Shown here: in pieces, positions 29,758 to 39,693 of the stretch
How the letters are laid out: each line of letters opens with the position of its first letter
Position numbering within the stretch: position 1 is the stretch's first letter
Assembly (NCBI GenBank): GCA_977017575.1
Contig: CDRNVI010000102.1
Span: forward strand, 1 to 39,693
DNA: 39,693 bases
Reading direction: 5' to 3'
Origin: Paramoeba atlantica
Lineage: Eukaryota > Protista > Discosea
The notes under the pieces: model-generated
What the model was told of the DNA's origin: nothing
What the model saw: the letters and a program-made list of their open reading frames with translations, nothing else
The model's database searches: none
Made by a program: the position numbers and the translations under genes

Positions 29758-32237
29758 TTTAGGCTCTTCGTTAAACGCGGTGGTTGCTTTCAACTTAGAA
29801 GTCACTCATGCTGCGATCTTCGCGTTGAAAACTACCACCGCGTTTAACGAAGAGACTAAAAAAGAAAATTTAGCCTGGAAAACGGAAAGATTATAGCCAA
29901 AAATAGCCGAATATCGGGTAAAAATGGGGTCATTTTTGGATATTTTTGCTCTCAGAGCACTAAATCCGACATTTGCGCGTGGTACATCACTCGTAGGCAT
30001 GAATGGAAGCCTACCGAACGTATTGGGTAGAGAATGCGACTCCAACCATACCATTCTTTCGACACAAAAATGCCCCTTTAGGTCCGAAAAATACTTTTTC
30101 ACCTTTTGTGGTCAAAAATGGGTCATTTTGAGGGGCGCACCACGGTTCTAAGAAGGGATACCTTGCGAAAACGCCTGCGGAGAAACCTAGTATAGATCCC
30201 AAACTATAATTAACAATAGGGGAAACGATTTTGGAAAAATATCTTTTTTGTCATTTTTTTCGCCAAGTTGAATTTTTTTTCAAAATTTTTTTTCTGAAAA
30301 AATCCGAACTTGGCGGACCCGTCCTGCGGATACGGGGGGGGGGGTCACCCCCGGGTAGGGGGCTGGAAAATGCGCGCCAAGACCCCGGCTACCCTTTCTG
30401 CGGTTTTTTTCGAAAACTAATTTTTTCGAAAAAATTTGCTCGACCATGACCGCCTGGATCCCCCCCCCTGGACCCTCCCCTGGACCCCCCATTTTTTTCA
30501 AATTTTTGTTTAAATTTGGACCACGGGAGCCCCCTTTTATATTTTTTTCTTCTATTATATTACTGTGTTCCTCTTAATATTTTCACTGTTTTTGTTCACA
30601 AATACGCGAAAATCACCCCATTTTCATCTCTACGCAATACGTTCCGTAGGCTTCCATTCATGCCTATGAGTGATTTCCCACGCGCAAATGTCGGATTTAG
30701 TGCTCTGAGAGCAAAAATACGCGAAAATCACCCCATTTTTACCCGAAATTCGGCTATTTTTGGCTATAATCTTTCCGTTCTTCAGGCTAAATTTTCTTTT
30801 TTAGGCTCTTCGTTAAACGCGGTGGTGGTTTTCAACTCGGAGAGCGTAGCATGAGTGACTTCTAAGTTGAAAACAACCACCGCGTTTAACGAAGAGGCTA
30901 AAAAAGAAATTTGAAAAAAAGTGAACAAAAACAGTGAAAATGTAAAGAGGAACACAGTAATATAATAGAAGAAAGAAATATAAAAGGGGGCTCCGGTGGT
31001 CCAAAACTGAAAAAAAAAATTGAAAAAAATGGGGGGCCCATGGGGGGTTCCACGGGGGGGTCAAGGGAGGGGGTTCAGGGGGGGGGTCATGGTCGAGCAA
31101 TTTTTTTCGAAAAAATTAGTTTTCGAAACAATACCGCAGAAGGGGTAGCCGGGGTCTTGGCGCGCATTTTCCACCCTCCTACCCGGGGGTGACCCCCCCG
31201 CCTATCCGCAGGACGGGTCCGCCAAGTTTTGATTTTTTCGGAAAAACAATTTTGAAAAAAAATTCAACTTGGCGAAAAAAATGACAAAAAAGATATTTTT
31301 CCAAAATCGTTTCCCCTATTGTATTTTGATAGTTTGGAACCTACACTAGCTTTCTCCGCAGTTGTTTTCGCAAGGTATCCCTTCTTCTAACCGTGGTGCG
31401 CCCCTCAAAATGACCCATTTTTGACCACAAAAGGTGAAAAAGTATTTTTCGGACCTAAAGGGGCATTTTTGTGTCGAAAGAATGGTATGGTTGGAGTCGC
31501 ATTCTCTACCCAATACGTTCGGTAGGCTTCCATTCATGCCTACGAGTGATTTCCCACGCGCAAATGTCGGATTTAGTGCTCTGAGAGCAAAAATACCCAA
31601 AAATGACCCCATTTTTACCCGATATTCGGCTATTTTTGGCTATAATCTTTCCGTTTTCCAGGCTAAATTTTCTTTTTTAGGCTCTTCGTTAAACGCGGTG
31701 GTGGTTTTCAACTCGAAGAGCGTAGCATGAGTGACTTCTAAGTTGAAAACAACCACCGCGTTTAACGAAGAGCCTAAAAAAGAAATATAAAAGGGGGCTC
31801 CGGTGGTCCAAAACTGAAAAAAAAAATTGAAAAAAATGGGGGGTCCATGGGGGGGCTCCATGGGGGTCCATGGGGGAGGTCCAGGGGGGGGTCATTTCAC
31901 TGAGGGGAACCTTCAGGGAACCAGCTCCCTTCAGGGAACCAGCTCCCTTACCCGTCTTAAACCTCTTGGGTAAGCCGTGTTGACGTACAGTTCGTCGACG
32001 CAGCGTGTTGACAACAGCACGTTGGTGCCGCCTTGGACAAGCGGAAACTGGTAGAGGACGTCGGCCTCGGAACTTCCAAATCTGTCTGTGAAGGGTCTGG
32101 CTTGCCAGTGACCATCCAGAGCGATCCGGAATGATTTGGATTTTTTTTTTTGGATTTTTTTTTGGAGGGTCCGGGAAGGTCCTCCGAGTACTGGGCCTAG
32201 TCGGTTCTCAGCCCAGCCCTCAGAGCGAGGCCGCCTC

Positions 32238-32693
32238 TTAGACTTCGGCATTCGCATCACTATAATCCCCCACTCTTTTATTGAATCCACGGTTCCGGTG
32301 TTGGTTTCCCATGTTGCGGTTAATTAACTTTTGGTAGTGGTCAATCCCCGTTTTACGAATTTCATAAACCGCTCTCCGTGATATACCATATTTTTGTTCG
32401 ATTTGCTTTACAGAACTTTGAGATCTGCGAATTTCTCGTTTCTCGAATATAGTAAGTTCAGTACGCTGTCGTTTTTCCTGAACTGTTACCGTCGGGGTGT
32501 TGTTAATAATAAGGGATGTGCGCTCCCCTACTTGCGGTTGGGGAGGGAGATTCCGAAGCCAAGTGGTCAGAGGTCCACGCATAGAGTGAACTGTGGTCGG
32601 AACTCCGTCAGTATCTGACATAAGGGTGAAAAGTACGGGAGAAAGAGAGGAACAAGTATACAAATATATATTATCTCCACACACTAAATGCAC
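32238..32693 (-). pseudogene. Truncated pogo-type HTH ORF, unit 2
   Basis: Identical to 27575-28030. Confidence 0.6.
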
Positions 32694-32844
32694 ATCAGAG
32701 GCTTAAAAGCACAAAGCCCTTTGAAGAAATTGGGTAAAAATAGGCAAAACATCTGCTCTCAAAAAAACGCTCCGAAAATTCAACATGGAATTTGTGCATA
32801 TTAAGGGGGGGGGGAGGGAAGGGGGTGCATATTAAAGGGGGGGT

Positions 32845-34424
32845 CACAGTATCAGAAGCAATGGTTCACACTGCACAAAAACTATCGAGAAAAGGAGCAG
32901 CGACACCCCAAACGCAATTAATGACAGAAACAGCGATGAAATTTAATACGGAAACAAAATCGTCTCAAACTTCAGGATTTCGCGACTTGTTTCTGCAAAG
33001 CAGAAAACCAGACCACTTCAAAGAAGTTCTAAAAAAGCACGGAACAGAAATTGAGGCACAAATTCAAAAAGAATGTTCCGAGATTGAATATGGTTTAAGG
33101 AAAAATCGGTCTAATCCGTGGCGCACGCTGCGGAGGGTTTGCGGTTCATACAGGGACACCTTTCGCATAGAGACCTCATCGACGAGAGAGACACTTCATA
33201 TTGTGAAGGATTTCTTTGCGCGTATGGGCTCCGATGATCGTGGAGATAAAAACATTACCTTCGAAGCGGTGACCTCCATTAAAATACCGATAAATGATGA
33301 TATTTTTTCCATGGAAGAGCTAGAAGATGGAATAAGCCGGCTCGCGCGCAAGGAATGGGCGCCTGGAATAGATCAAATTCCTGCGGAAGTACTTGCGATT
33401 ATCACGGAACACAAGGATCTGAGAAACGTAATGTTAAATATCATCAATGAAGTTCACCGTAAAGGAGTTTCGCCCGAGTCCTGGAAGGTAGTACTTCAGG
33501 TTCCTATTCCTAAAAAAGGCGACCTGACACAAATTTCGAACTGGCGACCAATCTGCCTCGTCAACAGCGAGGTAAAATTAATGAACGCAATGATTCTTCG
33601 AAGAATGAGACCAGCCATTGAACCGCTTCTAAGGGATAGTCAATTCGGATTTCGCCCGGAAAGGTCCACAGCAGGAGCGCAGAAAATACTTAATGATGTG
33701 AAGATAAGGTCGTCACGCAACAAGAGGGAGGGTCGCAGTTGCATTCATGGATTTTGCTAAAGCTTTTCCTTCGGTATCTTTTTATGCAATCCGTGCTGCT
33801 CTTAAAGCTTTTCACGTCGGACCAGCGATCACTAGTATGATAATGTCACTGTATTCCAATCTAAGAGGCATAGTCCAAACACCGTACGGCAATACGGATT
33901 CTTTCCCTATTGAAACAGGAATTCTCCAGGGAGACGTTCTTGCTCCTAATTTGTTTGTGCTTGTTATTGAAAGAATTCTTCACAAAGCGACCGATAACAA
34001 ACCTCCAGGGATTCTGTTGAGGAGCAGCGGGACAAAAAGTAGGGGAATTCAAGAATTTCGATTGAAGGACATTTATTACGCAGACGATATTGCTCTTCTG
34101 GCGGAGACAAAACATGAAATATCCGAAATGATAGAAGCTACGGCTAATGAAGCACAATATGCCAATCTAAGGGTTGCTGTGGGAAAACATAAGACTGCGT
34201 GGATGGCCTTCGGGAAGGTTCCCGGGGGAACAAGAGAACTTCGGGCGGGATAAATGGGAAAGATTACTCTCGTGGATTCCTACCGACATCTTGGTCACCT
34301 TCAAGATGTTACGGCAGCATCCCCCATCAAAGATCGACTGAGATTAACATGGGCAGCGTTTCGCAAGCTTAATGGAATCTGGGCCTCACCACTGAGTGCT
34401 GCTACGAAATAGCGCCTGTTTGAT
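32845..34424 (+). pseudogene. Non-LTR retrotransposon RT fragment, unit 2
   Basis: Near-identical to 28182-29757; same TAA at 34251-34253. Confidence 0.92.
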
Positions 34425-36887
34425 TTAGGCTCTTCGTTAAACGCGGTGGTTGCTTTCAACTTAGAAGTCACTCATGCTGCGATCTTCGCGTTGAAAACTA
34501 CCACCGCGTTTAACGAAGAGACTAAAAAAGAAAATTTAGCCTGGAAAACGGAAAGATTATAGCCAAAAATAGCCGAATATCGGGTAAAAATGGGGTCATT
34601 TTTGGATATTTTTGCTCTCAGAGCACTAAATCCGACATTTGCGCGTGGTACATCACTCGTAGGCATGAATGGAAGCCTACCGAACGTATTGGGTAGAGAA
34701 TGCGACTCCAACCATACCATTCTTTCGACACAAAAAATGCCCCTTTAGGTCCGAAAAATACTTTTTCACCTTTTGTGGTCAAAAATGGGTCATTTTGAGG
34801 GGCGCACCACGGTTCTAAGAAGGGATACCTTGCGAAAACGCCTGCGGAGAAACCTAGTATAGATCCCAAACTATAATTAACAATAGGGGAAACGATTTTG
34901 GAAAAATATCTTTTTTGTCATTTTTTTCGCCAAGTTGAATTTTTTTCAAAATTTTTTTTCTGAAAAAATCCGAACTTGGCGGACCCGTCCTGCGGATACG
35001 GGGGGGGGGGTCACCCCCGGGTAGGGGGCTGGAAAATGCGCGCCAAGACCCCGGCTACCCTTTCTGCGGTTTTTTTCGAAAACTAATTTTTTCGAAAAAA
35101 TTTGCTCGACCATGACCGCCTGGATCCCCCCCCCTGGACCCTCCCCTGGACCCCCCATTTTTTTCAAATTTTTGTTTAAATTTTGGACCACGGGAGCCCC
35201 CTTTTATATTTTTTTCTTCTATTATATTACTGTGTTCCTCTTAATATTTTCACTGTTTTTGTTCACAAATACGCGAAAATCACCCCATTTTCATCTCTAC
35301 GCAATACGTTCCGTAGGCTTCCATTCATGCCTATGAGTGATTTCCCACGCGCAAATGTCGGATTTAGTGCTCTGAGAGCAAAAATACGCGAAAATCACCC
35401 CATTTTTACCCGAAATTCGGCTATTTTTGGCTATAATCTTTCCGTTCTTCAGGCTAAATTTTCTTTTTTAGGCTCTTCGTTAAACGCGGTGGTGGTTTTC
35501 AACTCGGAGAGCGTAGCATGAGTGACTTCTAAGTTGAAAACAACCACCGCGTTTAACGAAGAGGCTAAAAAAGAAATTTGAAAAAAAAGTGAACAAAAAC
35601 AGTGAAAATGTAAAGAGGAACACAGTAATATAATAGAAGAAAGAAATATAAAAGGGGGCTCCGGTGGTCCAAAACTGAAAAAAAAAATTGAAAAAAATGG
35701 GGGGCCCATGGGGGGTTCCACGGGGGGGTCAAGGGAGGGGGTTCAGGGGGGGGGTCATGGTCGAGCAATTTTTTTCGAAAAAATTAGTTTTCGAAACAAT
35801 ACCGCAGAAGGGGTAGCCGGGGTCTTGGCGCGCATTTTCCACCCTCCTACCCGGGGGTGACCCCCCCGCCTATCCGCAGGACGGGTCCGCCAAGTTTTGA
35901 TTTTTTCGGAAAAACAATTTTGAAAAAAATTCAACTTGGCGAAAAAAATGACAAAAAAGATATTTTTCCAAAATCGTTTCCCCTATTGTATTTTGATAGT
36001 TTGGAACCTACACTAGCTTTCTCCGCAGTTGTTTTCGCAAGGTATCCCTTCTTCTAACCGTGGTGCGCCCCTCAAAATGACCCATTTTTGACCACAAAAG
36101 GTGAAAAAGTATTTTTCGGACCTAAAGGGGCATTTTTGTGTCGAAAGAATGGTATGGTTGGAGTCGCATTCTCTACCCAATACGTTCGGTAGGCTTCCAT
36201 TCATGCCTACGAGTGATTTCCCACGCGCAAATGTCGGATTTAGTGCTCTGAGAGCAAAAATACCCAAAAATGACCCCATTTTTACCCGATATTCGGCTAT
36301 TTTTGGCTATAATCTTTCCGTTTTCCAGGCTAAATTTTCTTTTTTAGGCTCTTCGTTAAACGCGGTGGTGGTTTTCAACTCGAAGAGCGTAGCATGAGTG
36401 ACTTCTAAGTTGAAAACAACCACCGCGTTTAACGAAGAGCCTAAAAAAGAAATATAAAAGGGGGCTCCGGTGGTCCAAAACTGAAAAAAAAAAATTGAAA
36501 AAAATGGGGGGTCCATGGGGGGGCTCCATGGGGGTCCATGGGGGAGGTCCAGGGGGGGGTCATTTCACTGAGGGGAACCTTCAGGGAACCAGCTCCCTTA
36601 CCCGTCTTAAACCTCTTGGGTAAGCCGTGTTGACGTACAGTTCGTCGACGCAGCGTGTTGACAACAGCACGTTGGTGCCGCCTTGGACAAGCGGAAACTG
36701 GTAGAGGACGTCGGCCTCGGAACTTCCAAATCTGTCTGTGAAGGGTCTGGCTTGCCAGTGACCATCCAGAGCGATCCGGAATGATTTGGATTTTTTTTTT
36801 TGGATTTTTTTTTGGAGGGTCCGGGAAGGTCCTCCGAGTACTGGGCCTAGTCGGTTCTCAGCCCAGCCCTCAGAGCGAGGCCGCCTC

Positions 36888-37344
36888 TTAGACTTCGGCA
36901 TTCGCATCACTATAATCCCCCACTCTTTTATTGAATCCACGGTTCCGGTGTTGGTTTCCCATGTTGCGGTTAATTAACTTTTGGTAGTGGTCAATCCCCG
37001 TTTTACGAATTTCATAAACCGCTCTCCGTGATATACCATATTTTTGTTCGATTTGCTTTACAGAACTTTGAGATCTGCGAATTTCTCGTTTCTCGAATAT
37101 AGTAAGTTCAGTACGCTGTCGTTTTTCCTGAACTGTTACCGTCGGGGTGTTGTTAATAATAAGGGATGTGCGCTCCCCTACTTGCGGTTGGGGAGGGGAG
37201 ATTCCGAAGCCAAGTGGTCAGAGGTCCACGCATAGAGTGAACTGTGGTCGGAACTCCGTCAGTATCTGACATAAGGGTGAAAAGTACGGGAGAAAGAGAG
37301 GAACAAGTATACAAATATATATTATCTCCACACACTAAATGCAC
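36888..37344 (-). pseudogene. Truncated pogo-type HTH ORF, unit 3 (1-bp frameshift)
   Basis: Same sequence with an extra G near 37197. Confidence 0.55.
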
Positions 37345-37494
37345 ATCAGAGGCTTAAAAGCACAAAGCCCTTTGAAGAAATTGGGTAAAAATAGGCAAAA
37401 CATCTGCTCTCAAAAAAACGCTCCGAAAATTCAACATGGAATTTGTGCATATTAAGGGGGGGGGAGGGAAGGGGGTGCATATTAAAGGGGGGGT

Positions 37495-39064
37495 CACAGT
37501 ATCAGAAGCAATGGTTCACACTGCACAAAAACTATCGAGAAAAGGAGCAGCGACACCCCAAACGCAATTAATGACAGAAACAGCGATGAAATTTAATACG
37601 GAAACAAAATCGTCTCAAACTTCAGGATTTCGCGACTTGTTTCTGCAAAGCAGAAAACCAGACCACTTCAAAGAAGTTCTAAAAAAGCACGGAACAGAAA
37701 TTGAGGCACAAATTCAAAAAGAATGTTCCGAGATTGAATATGGTTTAAGGAAAAATCGGTCTAATCCGTGGCGCACGCTGCGGAGGGTTTGCGGTTCATA
37801 CAGGGACACCTTTCGCATAGAGACCTCATCGACGAGAGAGACACTTCATATTGTGAAGGATTTCTTTGCGCGTATGGGCTCCGATGATCGTGGAGATAAA
37901 AACATTACCTTCGAAGCGGTGACCTCCATTAAAATACCGATAAATGATGATATTTTTTCCATGGAAGAGCTAGAAGATGGAATAAGCCGGCTCGCGCGCA
38001 AGGAATGGGCGCCTGGAATAGATCAAATTCCTGCGGAAGTACTTGCGATTATCACGGAACACAAGGATCTGAGAAACGTAATGTTAAATATCATCAATGA
38101 AGTTCACCGTAAAGGAGTTTCGCCCGAGTCCTGGAAGGTAGTACTTCAGGTTCCTATTCCTAAAAAAGGCGACCTGACACAAATTTCGAACTGGCGACCA
38201 ATCTGCCTCGTCAACCAGCGAGGTAAAATTAATGAACGCAATGATTCTTCGAAGAATGAGACCAGCCATTGAACCGCTTCTAAGGGATAGTCAATTCGGA
38301 TTTCGCCCGGAAAGGTCCACAGCAGGAGCGCAGAAAATACTTAATGATGTGAAGATAAGGTCGTCACGCAACAAGAGGAGGGTCGCAGTTGCATTCATGG
38401 ATTTTGCTAAAGCTTTTCCTTCGGTATCTTTTTATGCAATCCGTGCTGCTCTTAAAGCTTTTCACGTCGGACCAGCGATCACTAGTATGATAATGTCACT
38501 GTATTCCAATCTAAGAGGCATAGTCCAAACACCGTACGGCAATACGGATTCTTTCCCTATTGAAACAGGAATTCTCCAGGAGACGTTCTTGCTCCTAATT
38601 TGTTTGTGCTTGTTATTGAAAGAATTCTTCACAAAGCGACCGATAACAAACCTCCAGGGATTCTGTTGAGGAGCAGCGGGACAAAAAGTAGGGGAATTCA
38701 AGAATTTCGATTGAAGGACATTTATTACGCAGGACGATATTGCTCTTCTGGCGGAGACAAAACATGAAATATCCGAAATGATAGAAGCTACGGCTAATGA
38801 AGCACAATATGCCAATCTAAGGGTTGCTGTGGGAAAACATAAGACTGCCTTCGGGAAGGTTCCCGGGGGAACAAGAGAACTTCGGGCGGGATAAATGGGA
38901 AAGATTACTCTCGTGGATTCCTACCGACATCTTGGTCACCTTCAAGATGTTACGGCAGCATCCCCCATCAAAGATCGACTGAGATTAACATGGGCAGCGT
39001 TTCGCAAGCTTAATGGAATCTGGGCCTCACCACTGAGTGCTGCTACGAAATAGCGCCTGTTTGA
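37495..39064 (+). pseudogene. Non-LTR retrotransposon RT fragment, unit 3
   Basis: Near-identical; several 1-bp indels, a 9-bp deletion near 38848, and the same TAA at 38892-38894. Confidence 0.9.
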
Positions 39065-39693
39065 TTTAGGCTCTTCGTTAAACGCGGTGGTTGCTTTCAA
39101 CTTAGAAGTCACTCATGCTGCGATCTTCGCGTTGAAAACTACCACCGCGTTTAACGAAGAGACTAAAAAAGAAAATTTAGCCTGGAAAACGGAAAGATTA
39201 TAGCCAAAAATAGCCGAATATCGGGTAAAAATGGGGTCATTTTTGGATATTTTTGCTCTCAGAGCACTAAATCCGACATTTGCGCGTGGTACATCACTCG
39301 TAGGCATGAATGGAAGCCTACCGAACGTATTGGGTAGAGAATGCGACTCCAACCATACCATTCTTTCGACACAAAAATGCCCCTTTAGGTCCGAAAAATA
39401 CTTTTTCACCTTTTGTGGTCAAAAATGGGTCATTTTGAGGGGCGCACCACGGTTCTAAGAAGGGATACCTTGCGAAAACGCCTGCGGAGAAACCTAGTAT
39501 AGATCCCAAACTATAATTAACAATAGGGGAAACGATTTTGGAAAAATATCTTTTTTGTCATTTTTTTCGCCAAGTTGAATTTTTTTTCAAAATTTTTTTT
39601 CTGAAAAAATCCGAACTTGGCGGACCCGTCCTGCGGATACGGGGGGGGGGGTCACCCCCGGGTAGGGGGCTGGAAAATGCGCGCCAAGACCCC

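Larger units (their letters stand above)
30915..35266. mobile_element. Foldback-like unit: C-A-B-hairpin arm, cargo, inverted hairpin-B-A-C arm
   Basis: Left arm ~30915-31785 is the diverged reverse complement of right arm ~34425-35266. Equivalent structure at 26371-30599. Confidence 0.65.
26371..39693. repeat. Tandem array of a ~4.66-kb composite unit (about 2.85 copies, runs off the window)
   Basis: Identical ORFs recur at 26771/31434/36101 and 27268/31931/36581 (periods 4650-4667). Confidence 0.97.

Overview
Eukaryotic, transposon-saturated window in the standard genetic code; the lineage cannot be identified from sequence alone. The only likely host gene is a dual-specificity phosphatase (6058-7074). 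(1) A near full-length single-ORF non-LTR retrotransposon (APE endonuclease-RT-RNase H, RTE-like, minus strand, 8886-13574). It has a 3' stem-loop plus (TTGGA)4 tail, an 18-bp tandem array at its 5' end and a TCTCCTG target duplication. Several truncated or deleted relatives are also present. (2) A disrupted Helitron2/Helentron-like rolling-circle element (Zn-finger ORF, Rep HUH, Pif1 helicase, Ulp1/C48 protease; minus, 18012-24057). (3) Two copies of a tRNA-Val-derived SINE. (4) Three copies of an unclassified element ('E') with a tRNA-like A/B-box cassette, 45-bp direct repeats, 16-bp palindromes and a CACGTG-rich minisatellite. (5) A modular repeat family (C-A-B-hairpin) forming long inverted arms around LINE/pogo cargo, amplified as a ~4.66-kb tandem array from 26371 to beyond the window end. 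Scattered single-base indels between near-identical array units suggest some long-read consensus error, so individual frameshifts should be treated cautiously.
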